This document shows positions 52,364 through 62,427 of a DNA stretch of 64,000 bases, one piece after another. The stretch's first letter is position 1. Every line of letters starts with the position of its first letter. Source of the stretch: a bacterium BMS3Abin14. Its GTDB lineage: Bacteria; BMS3Abin14. The DNA lies in assembly GCA_002897695.1 (NCBI GenBank), contig BDTG01000028.1, forward strand, positions 7,329 to 71,328, in the 5' to 3' direction. Both the position numbers and the translations under genes were made by a program. The notes beneath the pieces were generated by a model that worked only from the letters and a program-made list of their open reading frames with translations, had not been told where the DNA came from and did no database searches.

Positions 52364-53734
52364 TTGAGCCGAAGAAAAACCGGCGGACTGATCCTCGTTG
52401 TCGATGACGACAAAAGGGTCCGGGAAAGTATCAGCACGATACTTCAGGATGAAGGTTTTTCCGTTCTGGAGGCAGCCGATGGAGAATCTGCGTTGACCAG
52501 GGTGGCCGTGGACAGTCCCGACGCTGTGCTGCTTGACGTCTGGATGCCGGGAATGGATGGAGTCGAAACGCTCCGGGGAATGGCCCGACAGGATCCCGAG
52601 CTGCCTGTAATTATCATGTCTGGCCATGGAAACATTGAGACTGCCGTTACGGCCACCAAGCTGGGGGCTTTCGACTTTCTGGAAAAACCACTGTCCATTG
52701 ATCGGCTTACCCTGGCCCTTCGAAATGCCATCAGTCAAAGGGAACTCGTTGAGGAAAATCGGGCGCTCAGGGATGCCCAGGGCAGAACGGGTGAGCTCGT
52801 GAACAAGTCCCCTGTGATGAAAGCGATTATCGAGCAGCTCCGAATCGTCGCACCGACCATGGCTTCGGTTTTGATCACAGGAGATAACGGGACAGGCAAA
52901 GAGCTCCTGGCAAGGGCCCTGCACTCGGCATCCCACAGGGGAAAGGAACCGTTCGTGGCCGTCAACTGCGCGGCTATTCCTGAGGGCCTTATCGAGAGCG
53001 AGCTGTTTGGATACGAGAGGGGCGCCTTTACCGGCGCCAATGCCCGGAAGATGGGTAAATTCGACCTGGCCAACCACGGCACCCTCTTTCTGGATGAGAT
53101 AGGAGACATGAGTCTTGCTACCCAGGCTAAAATCCTTCGGGTCCTGGAGGAGAAGCTGTTCCAGAGGGTGGGCGGGAACAGGGATGTTGAAGTTGATGTC
53201 CGCATTGTAGCCGCGACAAACAAGGATCTGGGTTTGGAAATTTCCCAAGGCCGATTCAGAGAGGATCTCTTCTTTCGGCTGAACGTTTTTCCCTTCCATA
53301 TTCCACCCCTTCGGGAACGGAAAGAGGATATTCCGGAACTGCTGAAAAGTTTTCTGCTCGAGTTGGGGGACCTTTATTCCAAAAAAAGGCTTTCTTTCTC
53401 GAAGGAAGCCCTTGTGATGATGTCATCCTACTCCTGGCCGGGGAATATACGGGAACTCAGGAACGTCGTGGAGCGCCTCGTGATCCTGTCACCGGATGAA
53501 GTTATTTCTGTCGGCCTGATCCCGGTATCCATAAAACAGGGCAACTTGAGGAAGGATGCGGGTGAGGCGGCCCAGGAGGGGGATTACCGGAAAGCCCGTG
53601 AGGATTTTGAGCGGAAGTTTTTCCTCGAAAGCCTTGAGCGCAACGGCTGGAATGTCTCCAAAACTGCCGAGGAAGTCGGCATCGAACGGAGCAACCTTCA
53701 CAGGAAGATCAAGCAGTTCGGCCTCAGGAAATAA
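52364..53734 (+). CDS. sigma-54-dependent response regulator (receiver-AAA+-Fis HTH; NtrX/NtrC-like)
   Basis: Receiver, GDNGTGKE Walker A, GAFTGA loop, C-terminal HTH. Confidence 0.9.
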   Translation: MSRRKTGGLILVVDDDKRVRESISTILQDEGFSVLEAADGESALTRVAVDSPDAVLLDVWMPGMDGVETLRGMARQDPELPVIIMSGHGNIETAVTATKLGAFDFLEKPLSIDRLTLALRNAISQRELVEENRALRDAQGRTGELVNKSPVMKAIIEQLRIVAPTMASVLITGDNGTGKELLARALHSASHRGKEPFVAVNCAAIPEGLIESELFGYERGAFTGANARKMGKFDLANHGTLFLDEIGDMSLATQAKILRVLEEKLFQRVGGNRDVEVDVRIVAATNKDLGLEISQGRFREDLFFRLNVFPFHIPPLRERKEDIPELLKSFLLELGDLYSKKRLSFSKEALVMMSSYSWPGNIRELRNVVERLVILSPDEVISVGLIPVSIKQGNLRKDAGEAAQEGDYRKAREDFERKFFLESLERNGWNVSKTAEEVGIERSNLHRKIKQFGLRK

Positions 53735-53760
53735 TAGTCCAGAGTCCAGCGTCCAGAGGG
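53735..53760. repeat. heptad repeat TAGTCCAGAGTCCAGCGTCCAGAGG (same family as 24191-24222)
   Basis: Near-identical to the repeat after the mglA-like gene. Confidence 0.8.
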
Positions 53761-53852
53761 GCGAAGAGCGTTCGCGTCGAAGGGTGGTATGACCTGAAAG
53801 CGGTCATGCCGTGGTAAATCAGCCCTGGAATTCCAAAAAACAAGGGGGAATG

Positions 53853-54968
53853 AAAATGTCTGAGGCCGGTCGTCGTGAACTGGAGAGTGTTGTACGTTCA
53901 CTCATCAAGGTCAACCTGGGCGTGAAGGAGGATGAAACGCTCCTGTTGCTTGGCGATAAGGGTGACGATGTCATGGACCCGCGACTGGCGCTGGATGTGG
54001 GCGAGTGCCTTGAGCTGATTCATCCGGGGACCACGACCGTCATATTCCCGTCCACAGGAAGAAGCGGCATCGAACCCCCGGAGCAGGTATGGGAAGCCTC
54101 CTTTGGCCGGGAGACAGTGCAGCGGTTTCGGAGAAGCGGCCTGTTAAAGAGGCTTATCGAAAAGACCGCCTCAGAGGAGGATATCCGGGCCGCAGGGGAG
54201 ATGGTCTCCCCTGCGGATGCCGTGGATACCGTCGTCGCCCTTGCGTTCAATTCCACCAGCCATACCTCCTTTCGCAAGCTTCTCACCATGTGGGGAAAGG
54301 CTCGCTATGCCAGCATGCCCCACTTTCTCAGGGATATGTTTTTCGGTTCGATGAATGTGGACTGGAGAGCCCTTGCGAATTCCACCCAGGCCCTTGCGAG
54401 GGCGCTCGAAGGGGTGAATTCCCTGGAAATCCATGCCGGCAACGGCACCAATCTGGAACTGGATGTGTCGGAAAGGCCTTTCAAGACGGATGATGGTGAC
54501 CTGACAAAACCCGGGTCATTCGGCAACCTCCCTGCCGGTGAGGTTTTCGTCGCCCCCCTGGAGGGGACCACGGAAGGAACCCTGGTCATTGAATGGGGCC
54601 CATCGTTAAAACTGGCTGCTCCGATGAAGGTATTTGTCGAAAAGGGCCGGGCGGTCTCGGTCTCCGGCGAGAATCCGGATGATGTAAGATGGATCGAGGG
54701 CCTTTTTTCCGCCCACCCCGACAACAATAATGTCGCTGAACTGGGCATCGGTACCAATCCAGGCGCAACGCGCCCGGACAGTATCCTTGAATCGGAGAAA
54801 ATTCTCGGGACGGTTCACCTCGCCTTCGGTGATAACCACACCTTCGGAGGGAACGTTGTGGCCCCATTTCACCTGGATTTTGTGGTCTATGATGCCACAC
54901 TGACCGGCCTGTGGAAGCAGGGAGGGGGAAGAAGAGTCCTGCTCTCGGATGGAAAGCCGGGTTGGTAG
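53853..54968 (+). CDS. M29-family aminopeptidase (aminopeptidase T/AmpS-like)
   Basis: ELGIGTNPGA...GTVHLAFGDN is the M29 signature region. Start uncertain (53811, 53853 or 53859). Confidence 0.7.
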   Translation, partial: KMSEAGRRELESVVRSLIKVNLGVKEDETLLLLGDKGDDVMDPRLALDVGECLELIHPGTTTVIFPSTGRSGIEPPEQVWEASFGRETVQRFRRSGLLKRLIEKTASEEDIRAAGEMVSPADAVDTVVALAFNSTSHTSFRKLLTMWGKARYASMPHFLRDMFFGSMNVDWRALANSTQALARALEGVNSLEIHAGNGTNLELDVSERPFKTDDGDLTKPGSFGNLPAGEVFVAPLEGTTEGTLVIEWGPSLKLAAPMKVFVEKGRAVSVSGENPDDVRWIEGLFSAHPDNNNVAELGIGTNPGATRPDSILESEKILGTVHLAFGDNHTFGGNVVAPFHLDFVVYDATLTGLWKQGGGRRVLLSDGKPGW

Positions 54969-55000
54969 CCGGCCGACCCCAAGCGCCCCGTCCGGGATAG

Positions 55001-55047
55001 TTGACATCTTGCATCTAAAGTCCTATGTTCCCGTGTATACTGTATAC
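55001..55047 (+). promoter_or_regulatory. predicted sigma70 promoter TTGACA-17-TATGTT with tandem GTATACtGTATAC operator at +1 of the sdhCAB operon
   Basis: Seen in sequence. Same arrangement as upstream of mdh (33060-33107). A second TATAAT lies at 55153. Confidence 0.55.
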
Positions 55048-55172
55048 AAATTTTCAGAGGAGGAGGGTACGCCGGGATTAAGTTTGCTGCGTTTCCCCGG
55101 TTTTGCCGCGGGGTAATCATTTCTGTCGTCCGTTTTTATTAACCACAACCGTATAATCAAAGGAAAGGTGCC

Positions 55173-55838
55173 ATGTCAATGCTCACTAGTTCCGTCGGGA
55201 GAAAGATGTTCATGGCGGTGAGTGGCCTGTTCATGCTCCTGTTCGTCGTTGCGCACCTGCTGGGAAACTCCACTATTTTTGTGGGCGCCGGCTGGTTGAA
55301 CGCATACGCGGAGCATCTTCGCAGTCTGCCCATCCTGGTGTGGCCGGAACGAATCATCATGTTCGTTCTGCTATGTCTGCATATCTATTTCGGAATCACC
55401 CTGACGCTGGAAAACTGGGGCGCAAAAGGGCGAAAATACGCTGTAACCAGGAGGCTCAAGGCCACCTTTGCCGGCAGGACCATGATCTGGACAGGGCTTG
55501 TTCTCCTGGCCTTCATCATCTACCACCTGCTCCAGTTCACATTCCGCGTCACCCCGGATATCGTCCAGACACTGGATGCCGAAGGGCGTTATGATGTCTT
55601 TAACATGGTCGTCAGCAGCCTTCGGGTAGCGTCCAATTCCGCTATATATCTCGTCGCCGTAGTTGCCCTGTTCCTCCATCTCTACCATGGCGCCGAGAGT
55701 TTTTTGCAGACCCTGGGGCTCAATAACGATCGGACACGGCCGAGGATTAACGCGGTGGGCATCGCGCTATCCGTGCTGTTTCTCGTTGGGTACGGCGCGA
55801 TCCCGGTCCTCATCCTGGCCGGCATCCTGGCCAGATAG
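55173..55838 (+). CDS. sdhC: succinate dehydrogenase/fumarate reductase cytochrome b subunit (5-TM dihaem, B. subtilis/Wolinella type)
   Basis: Five hydrophobic helices with conserved His ligands. Operon with sdhA/B. Confidence 0.8.
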   Translation: MSMLTSSVGRKMFMAVSGLFMLLFVVAHLLGNSTIFVGAGWLNAYAEHLRSLPILVWPERIIMFVLLCLHIYFGITLTLENWGAKGRKYAVTRRLKATFAGRTMIWTGLVLLAFIIYHLLQFTFRVTPDIVQTLDAEGRYDVFNMVVSSLRVASNSAIYLVAVVALFLHLYHGAESFLQTLGLNNDRTRPRINAVGIALSVLFLVGYGAIPVLILAGILAR

Positions 55839-55849
55839 GGGGCGTGACA

Positions 55850-57763
55850 ATGATACTTGACGGAAAGAGTCCGACAGGACCCATTGAAGAAACATGGGAT
55901 AAGTACCGCAACGATATGAAGCCGGTCAACCCGACCAACAAACGGAATTTCAAGGTTCTCATCGTCGGCACCGGCCTTGCCGGCGCTTCGTCCGCCGCAA
56001 CCCTTGCCGGGCTTGGGTACAACGTGGAGTCGTTCTGCTACCAGGACAGCCCCCGGCGCGCCCATTCCATAGCCGCCCAGGGCGGGATCAACGCCGCCAA
56101 GAACTACCCCAACGATGCCGACAGCGTCTGGCGTCTCTTCTACGATACGGTTAAAGGCGGTGACTTCCGGTCCCGCGAGGCCGATGTGTGGCGCCTGGCC
56201 CAGGTGAGCAACAGCATCATCGACCAGTGCGTCGCCCAGGGCATCCCTTTCGCCCGTGACTACGCCGGTTACCTCGACAACCGTTCGTTCGGGGGGGCTC
56301 AGGTTTCCAGGACATTTTTCGCCAGGGGGCAGACGGGACAGCAGCTCCTGCTCGGGGCCTACTCGGCCATGTCCCTCCAGATCAAGGCGGGAGGGGTCAG
56401 GATATTCCCCCGGACAGAGATGCAGGACCTCATACTGGTGGACGGTGAGGCTAAGGGGATAACCGTTCGTAATCTTCTCACAGGCGAGATCAGCAGCCAT
56501 GTCGGTGACGCTGTTCTCCTGTGTACCGGTGGGTATGTCAACGTGTTCGACCTGTCCACCAATGCCATGGGTTCCAGCGTTTCGGCCATCTGGAAAGCAT
56601 ACCGGAAAGGCGCCTTTTTGGCCAATCCCTGTTACACCCAGATCCATCCCACCTGTATCCCGCAGTCGGGCGACTACCAGTCGAAGCTGACGCTCATGTC
56701 CGAGTCTCTCCGCAACGACGGCAGATGCTGGGTTCCCAAAAAACACGGGGAAAATCGTCCTCCCGACCAGATTCCCGAGGAGGATCGCGACTACTATCTC
56801 GAGAGGAAATACCCTGCTTTCGGGAACCTCGCGCCCCGGGACATTGCCTCCCGTGCAGCCAAGGAACAGTGCGATGACGGGCGTGGTGTAGGGCCCACCG
56901 GCCGCGGTGTTTATCTGGACTTCCGGGATCCCATCAAACGTCTCGGTGAGGATTTGATTCGTGAAAGGTATGGGAACCTGTTCGAAATGTACGAACAGAT
57001 AACCGGCGAGGACGGCTACAAAGTCCCCATGCGCATTTATCCCGCACCTCACTATTCCATGGGCGGGCTGTGGGTGGACTACAGCCTCATGAGCAACATC
57101 CCCGGTCTGTTCGTCCTGGGCGAGGCCAATTTCTCCGTGCACGGCGCGAACAGGCTTGGCGCCAGTGCCCTCATGCAGGGTCTGGCCGACGGCTACTTCA
57201 TTATCCCTTATACCCTGGCAAACTACCTTTCCGGGGTAACACCGGGCAGGCTCAGTGCCGACAGTCCGGAAGTCAAAGCCTCTATCGAGGATGTCAAATC
57301 GAACATCCGGAAACTCCTGTCCGTCGATGGAAAGCGCACCGCGGCCGAGTTCAGGCGCGATCTTCACCACGTCATGTGGGAGGACGCGGGCATGACGCGC
57401 AGCAAGGAAAGCCTCACGGATGCGATCCATAAGATCCCCGCCATCCGCAAGGAGTTCTGGGAGAATGTGAAAGTGCCCGGGACCGGGACAGAGATCAACC
57501 AGGAGTTGGAGAAAGCCGGCCGGGCGGTGGATTTTCTGGAGTTTGCCGAACTGCTCGCTCGCGATGCCCTACACCGGGACGAATCGTGCGGAGGCCACTT
57601 CCGTGTTGAGCACCAGACGGAGGATGGCGAGGCGATACGTGACGACGAGAACTTTACCTATTCGGCGGCCTGGGAGTTCAAGGGGGTTGACAAGGAGCCT
57701 GAGCTCCATAAGGAACCCCTGAAATTCGAAAAAGTTCACCTCGCGGTAAGGAGCTACAAATAA
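55850..57763 (+). CDS. sdhA: succinate dehydrogenase/fumarate reductase flavoprotein subunit
   Basis: FAD-binding [12 protein letters not shown], covalent FAD His region [10 protein letters not shown], catalytic R/H residues. GTG 55844 is an alternative start. Confidence 0.95.
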   Translation: MILDGKSPTGPIEETWDKYRNDMKPVNPTNKRNFKVLIVGTGLAGASSAATLAGLGYNVESFCYQDSPRRAHSIAAQGGINAAKNYPNDADSVWRLFYDTVKGGDFRSREADVWRLAQVSNSIIDQCVAQGIPFARDYAGYLDNRSFGGAQVSRTFFARGQTGQQLLLGAYSAMSLQIKAGGVRIFPRTEMQDLILVDGEAKGITVRNLLTGEISSHVGDAVLLCTGGYVNVFDLSTNAMGSSVSAIWKAYRKGAFLANPCYTQIHPTCIPQSGDYQSKLTLMSESLRNDGRCWVPKKHGENRPPDQIPEEDRDYYLERKYPAFGNLAPRDIASRAAKEQCDDGRGVGPTGRGVYLDFRDPIKRLGEDLIRERYGNLFEMYEQITGEDGYKVPMRIYPAPHYSMGGLWVDYSLMSNIPGLFVLGEANFSVHGANRLGASALMQGLADGYFIIPYTLANYLSGVTPGRLSADSPEVKASIEDVKSNIRKLLSVDGKRTAAEFRRDLHHVMWEDAGMTRSKESLTDAIHKIPAIRKEFWENVKVPGTGTEINQELEKAGRAVDFLEFAELLARDALHRDESCGGHFRVEHQTEDGEAIRDDENFTYSAAWEFKGVDKEPELHKEPLKFEKVHLAVRSYK

Positions 57764-58530
57764 TGAGCGGAAATGCTGAGCAAAAGACGATGACATTGAA
57801 GCTGGTCGTCTGGCGTCAGAAGGAACCAAAGGACGCCGGCCGCTTTGAGACGTACCTTGCCAACGGGATCACTACCCACCATTCCTTCCTGGAAATGCTG
57901 GACGTGGTGAACCGGGAACTCATCCTCGCAGGGAAAGAACCCATAGTATTCGACCATGACTGCCGTGAGGGAATATGCGGAGCATGTTCCATGGTAATCA
58001 ACGGGGTTCCCCATGGCGGGCAGGAAAGGACCACCACCTGTCAACTGCACATGCGGAATTTCAAGGACGGGGACACGATCTACATCGAGCCCTGGCGGGC
58101 CAAGGCGTTTCCCATTCGCAAGGATCTGATGGTGGACCGCAGCGCCTTTGATAAAATAATTCAGGAGGGGGGGTATATCTCCGTGCACGCCGGTTCTCCG
58201 GTGGACGCAAACGCCATTCTGATCGCCAAGCAGGCCGCTGATTATTCCATGGACGCCGCCGAATGCATCGGTTGCGGGGCCTGCGTTGCCGCCTGTCCCA
58301 ACGGATCCGCCATGCTGTTTACCAGCGCCAAGGTTTCCCAGTTTGCCGCTTTGCCCCAGGGTCAGGTGGAGGCAAAGGAACGCGTCCAGAAGATGCTGGA
58401 TGCGATGAAGGACTGCGGGTTTGGCAACTGTACCAATCATTACGAGTGCCAGGCGGCGTGTCCAAAGGGGATTGACGTGAAGTTCATCGCGAAACTCAAC
58501 AGGGAGTATCTGAAAGCCGTGTTCTGCTAG
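57763..58530 (+). CDS. sdhB: succinate dehydrogenase/fumarate reductase iron-sulfur subunit
   Basis: 2Fe-2S (CREGICGAC) and 4Fe-4S/3Fe-4S Cys clusters ([20 protein letters not shown]). Confidence 0.95.
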   Translation: MSGNAEQKTMTLKLVVWRQKEPKDAGRFETYLANGITTHHSFLEMLDVVNRELILAGKEPIVFDHDCREGICGACSMVINGVPHGGQERTTTCQLHMRNFKDGDTIYIEPWRAKAFPIRKDLMVDRSAFDKIIQEGGYISVHAGSPVDANAILIAKQAADYSMDAAECIGCGACVAACPNGSAMLFTSAKVSQFAALPQGQVEAKERVQKMLDAMKDCGFGNCTNHYECQAACPKGIDVKFIAKLNREYLKAVFC

Positions 58531-58616
58531 AAAGGTGAACTTTCTGCTCTGAATTTTTCGGCCTTGACCGGACAGGATGTCCCGTGTTACGAAGTAAGCT
58601 GAAGGGGATATTTAAT

Positions 58617-58721
58617 ATGCGCTCTGAACTTTACACATCCTTTGCACTTTCGGGCCTGGAACGGTCATGGTGGTGGTGTGTGAAATTGGCAACTTCGCCG
58701 GAAGGCCGTCAGGGCGCCTGA
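58617..58721 (+). CDS. candidate 34-aa small ORF (MRSELYTSFALSGLERSWWWCVKLATSPEGRQGA) with RBS, followed by an intrinsic terminator
   Basis: AAGGGGAT RBS 6 nt upstream of the ATG. Could equally be a non-coding RNA. Not in the supplied ORF track (<60 aa). Confidence 0.25.
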   Translation: MRSELYTSFALSGLERSWWWCVKLATSPEGRQGA

Positions 58722-58744
58722 TCCCAAGGACCAAAAGTCACTTC

Positions 58745-58776
58745 AAGCCCCGCCGGAACCGGCGGGGCTTTTTTAC
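58745..58776 (+). terminator. rho-independent terminator (GCCCCGCCGG-aac-CCGGCGGGGC + TTTTTT)
   Basis: Perfect 10-12 bp GC stem and U-tract seen in sequence. Confidence 0.8.
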
Positions 58777-58818
58777 GTTAAAGGGAGTATTAAACCTTTT
58801 AAAAGGAAGGGGTCGAAC

Positions 58819-59967
58819 ATGAACAAGAAAACGACAGGTGCTTTTACGATTGCGGCCATGATGCTAACCCTGGGGATAATGACGCCGACGGCCCAGGCTG
58901 CGGAGCCCTACAGGATCGGCGCGGCCTTCGCCCTGACGGGCCCGGCTGCCATGATCGGAGAACCGTCGATGAAGATGGCCCAGATGCTTTTAGAGGAGAT
59001 CAACGCCGCCGGCGGCGTTAACGGCCATCCAATTGAGCTGATTACCTACGACACGAAATCCGATCCGACCCGGGCGGTTCTCGTCATTCGCAAGCTGGTT
59101 TCCAGGGATAAGGTTCTGGCGATTATCGGACCCACGACCACCGGTTCCGCCATGGCCTCCATCAAGTTCATCCAGGAGAGCAAGGTGCCCATGGTTGCCT
59201 GTGTGGGAGGGTCCCCTGTGGTCATTCCCGTGAAAAAATGGGTTTTCAAAACCCCACAGACAGGTATCATTGCTGTAGAACGACTTTACGATTACTTCGC
59301 CAAAGAGGGGTATAGGAAGATAGCCCTTTTGACCTCCGCCGGTGGATTCGGCGACAGCGGCAAGAAAGCGCTTCTGGCGCAGGCCGGGCCTCTTGGTATC
59401 GAGGTGGTTGCCAAAGAACGTTACAACGATAAGGACACCAATATGAGCGCCCAGCTCACTTCCATCAGGGGAACTGACGCGCAGGCCATCGTCGTATGGG
59501 GGATCGGTCCGGCTCCGGCAATCATCGCCAAAAATGCCAGGCAGCTGGGAATCAGGACCCCTGTCTTCCTGAGCCACGGCGAGGCGGATCCGAGCTTTAT
59601 CAGACTTGCAGGCGACGCCGGTGAGGGTGTCATGATGCCCGCGAGCCGTTTTATCGTTGCCCAGAAGCTTCCCGACGATGATCCTCGAAAGGCCTTCCTG
59701 ATGAAGATCAAGGAAAAATATGAAAAACGCTACGGCCCGGTCAGTACGCACACCGGCTATGCTTACGATGCTCTCAGGATAATCCAGCATGCGCTCGAGG
59801 AGGCCGGCGCCGATAGAGCCGGCATCAGGGATGCCATCGAAAAAACAACTAATTATGTCGGCATCAACGGGACGTTCAATATGTCGTCTTCAGACCACAA
59901 CGGTCTCACCAAGGATTCCCTCGTCATGGTTGAGGTGGAGAATGGGGGATGGGTGATTGTACCCTGA
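58819..59967 (+). CDS. ABC transporter periplasmic substrate-binding protein (branched-chain amino acid / Liv family)
   Basis: Signal peptide and type I periplasmic binding fold (...IGAAFALTGPAA...). Confidence 0.8.
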   Translation: MNKKTTGAFTIAAMMLTLGIMTPTAQAAEPYRIGAAFALTGPAAMIGEPSMKMAQMLLEEINAAGGVNGHPIELITYDTKSDPTRAVLVIRKLVSRDKVLAIIGPTTTGSAMASIKFIQESKVPMVACVGGSPVVIPVKKWVFKTPQTGIIAVERLYDYFAKEGYRKIALLTSAGGFGDSGKKALLAQAGPLGIEVVAKERYNDKDTNMSAQLTSIRGTDAQAIVVWGIGPAPAIIAKNARQLGIRTPVFLSHGEADPSFIRLAGDAGEGVMMPASRFIVAQKLPDDDPRKAFLMKIKEKYEKRYGPVSTHTGYAYDALRIIQHALEEAGADRAGIRDAIEKTTNYVGINGTFNMSSSDHNGLTKDSLVMVEVENGGWVIVP

Positions 59968-61825
59968 TTCACCTGCCGAAACCCCGGGAGGGGGCGCACG
60001 TCTCCTCCTGGGGAATGAGGCTATAGCACAGGGGCTCTTCGAGGCCGGGTGCCGTATGGCAACGGCCTACCCCGGCACTCCGTCAACCGAGATTCTGGAA
60101 GCGCTGGCCGCCTACGGGGCTGCTGATCTGCATGTTGAGTGGTCGGTCAACGAAAAGGTTGCGTTGGAGACCGCTATCGCCGGGTCCTACAGTGGGTTGA
60201 GAACGGCCACGATCATGAAGCAGGTCGGCCTTAACGTGGCCTTGGATCCCCTCATGAGCCTGGCATATACCGGCGTCGTGGGCGGCCTTCTCATCGTGGT
60301 GGCAGATGATCCTGGACCGCACAGTTCCCAGACAGAGCAGGACACGCGTGCTCTGGCCATGGCGGCCGGCATTCCCGTTCTGGACCCTGCGACGCCCGAG
60401 GAGAGCAGGGAGATGGTGGATCTCGGGTTCAGGCTCTCTGAAAAATACGGTATCCCCGTTATTCTCAGGCCGGTTCTCAGGGTTTGCCATTCAAGGACAG
60501 CCATCCAGACCCCTGTCTCCCGTCCCGAGTCCGGGCCGGCGGAATTTTGCAAAGATCCGGATCGCTGGGCGGCGACGCCAAAACACCGATACACCCTGCA
60601 TGGAGAGTTGAACAAAAAAATCCGGGCCATAGCCTCTGACCCCCTTTCCCTTGGGACCTACAAAAACCTGATCGTGGACGGTGCCAGACCTTCGTTCGGG
60701 ATAGTAGCCTCCGGGGTTCCCGCGGCCTACGCGGCCGATGTCATACGGCGCAGAGGGCTGGATGATCGACTGAAACTCATATCCGTGGGGCTTCCCTTCC
60801 CCCTGAACCCGGAGAAAATATCCTCCATGCTGAGAGGCGTTGAGACCATCCTGGTTCTCGAGGAGACAGGGCCTGTTATGGAGACTGTCCTTGCGGGTTA
60901 TCTGAATGTCTCCGGCAGGCTGGATGGCGCTATCCCGTCGGAGGGGGAAATGACGCCTGACCTGGTGGATATTGTCATCCGAAAGCTCCCTGGAGCATCC
61001 CGGACATCCATCGAAGTTGCAGGCGCACAGGATTATTTTCATCGAGCCGAAAAGGAAGATGCCGGAAGCCCGCCCATACTTTGTGCAGGATGTTCCCACC
61101 GTTCGTCGTTCTGGGCGTTGAAGCAGGCAATGCCCGGCGGGATCTACACGGGTGACATAGGGTGCTACACCCTCGGCATCGCATTAGGCGCTGTGGACAC
61201 AGTGCTTTGTATGGGGGCATCAATCTCCCAGGCTGCCGGTTTTTTTTGGGCCTACGGACAATCTGACGGCCCCATGCCGGCAATCGCCGCCGTAATAGGA
61301 GACTCGACCTTCTGTCACGCTGGAATCCCCGCTCTTGTAAATGCCGTCCAACAGGGGGCTGCTTTCGTGCTGCTGGTCCTGGACAACGGGACAACGGCCA
61401 TGACGGGTGGACAGCCCACACCTGGAACCGGGATGCTTGCCGGGGGGGGGAACGGGAAACATGTTCCACTGGAGGGGATTGTCACCGGATGCGGAGTTTC
61501 GGAATTATGGATAACCGATCCCCTGGATTATAAAGTAATGGTCGATGATATCAGGGCCGCAGCGGATGTGGCGGCAGGTGGAGAAATGGCGGTGGTTATC
61601 TGCCGGTCTCCCTGCGTCCTGATGATTGACGACCGCCAGGGAGCCGTACCCGTTATCGATCTGGATGCCTGCAACGGATGCCGTATCTGTACGGATCGAT
61701 TCGGCTGTCCGGCCATCGTCTGGGGTTCCTGTGGCCCCGTCATCATCGCCGACCAGTGTCCCGGATGCGGGATCTGCCTTCACGTCTGCGCTCCAGGGGC
61801 CATCCGTCTGGAGGTGGATGCATGA
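59957..61825 (+). CDS. iorA: indolepyruvate:ferredoxin oxidoreductase alpha subunit
   Basis: TPP-binding and 2x[4Fe-4S] (CNGCRIC...CPGCGIC). TTG start. Confidence 0.85.
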   Translation: MYPDSPAETPGGGARLLLGNEAIAQGLFEAGCRMATAYPGTPSTEILEALAAYGAADLHVEWSVNEKVALETAIAGSYSGLRTATIMKQVGLNVALDPLMSLAYTGVVGGLLIVVADDPGPHSSQTEQDTRALAMAAGIPVLDPATPEESREMVDLGFRLSEKYGIPVILRPVLRVCHSRTAIQTPVSRPESGPAEFCKDPDRWAATPKHRYTLHGELNKKIRAIASDPLSLGTYKNLIVDGARPSFGIVASGVPAAYAADVIRRRGLDDRLKLISVGLPFPLNPEKISSMLRGVETILVLEETGPVMETVLAGYLNVSGRLDGAIPSEGEMTPDLVDIVIRKLPGASRTSIEVAGAQDYFHRAEKEDAGSPPILCAGCSHRSSFWALKQAMPGGIYTGDIGCYTLGIALGAVDTVLCMGASISQAAGFFWAYGQSDGPMPAIAAVIGDSTFCHAGIPALVNAVQQGAAFVLLVLDNGTTAMTGGQPTPGTGMLAGGGNGKHVPLEGIVTGCGVSELWITDPLDYKVMVDDIRAAADVAAGGEMAVVICRSPCVLMIDDRQGAVPVIDLDACNGCRICTDRFGCPAIVWGSCGPVIIADQCPGCGICLHVCAPGAIRLEVDA

Positions 61826-62394
61826 TGCCGCCTTCCTTCGATATCGTCCTGGCTGGTCGTGGGGGGCAGGGTGTAATATTCCTTTCCCGCATCATAGGCG
61901 AGGCGGCCATGCTCCAGGGGCTCGGGATCAGGACCACTGAAACCCATGGGATGGCCATGAGAGGCGGATCGGTTAAGTGTTTTGTGCGTATCGGCGATGC
62001 CATGGGGCCGCTGTTTCCCAGGGGCTGCGCATCTCTTCTGATGGCCCTGCACCCGGATGAAGCCCCGTCCGGAAGTTCTTATCTGGGACCGGCCGGAGTA
62101 ATGGTCATAAATACCTCCCAGATGCCGGAGCGGACAAAAAATCCTGAGGACATGAAAATTATCACCGTGGATGCCCAATCCCTGGCTGAAAAGGAGGGCG
62201 TCCCCCGTTCATCCAATCTTGCCCTTCTGGGAGCCGCGGCCGGACTGGAGGACTTCCCTGTATCATCCGCCAGTCTGGAGTCCGTTATCCTGTCGAAGGG
62301 GCCGGAAGGCATACGGGAGCGCAACCTGAGAATCTTCCAGCTTGGCGGTGAGAATTTTCAACAGTATCCCGGCAAAAAAACAAGAAAACCGTGA
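61822..62394 (+). CDS. iorB: indolepyruvate:ferredoxin oxidoreductase beta subunit
   Basis: FDIVLAGRGGQGV gamma-type domain. Overlaps the iorA stop. Confidence 0.85.
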   Translation: MMPPSFDIVLAGRGGQGVIFLSRIIGEAAMLQGLGIRTTETHGMAMRGGSVKCFVRIGDAMGPLFPRGCASLLMALHPDEAPSGSSYLGPAGVMVINTSQMPERTKNPEDMKIITVDAQSLAEKEGVPRSSNLALLGAAAGLEDFPVSSASLESVILSKGPEGIRERNLRIFQLGGENFQQYPGKKTRKP

Positions 62395-62427
62395 ACCATG
62401 TGTGAAGTGAACCGGTGAAAGGAGATT

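Noticed and set aside
55682-57430. 582-aa ORF antisense to sdhA, plus similar antisense ORFs 14646..15578 (valS), 29872..30909 (receiver protein), 52112..53299 (hisK/sigma54 RR), 62911..63696 (paaK), 38603..39325 and 39481..40266 (korAB), 6254..7060 (metK)
   Set aside because: All are shadow ORFs opposite well-supported genes in a high-GC genome. None has a plausible RBS or motif.
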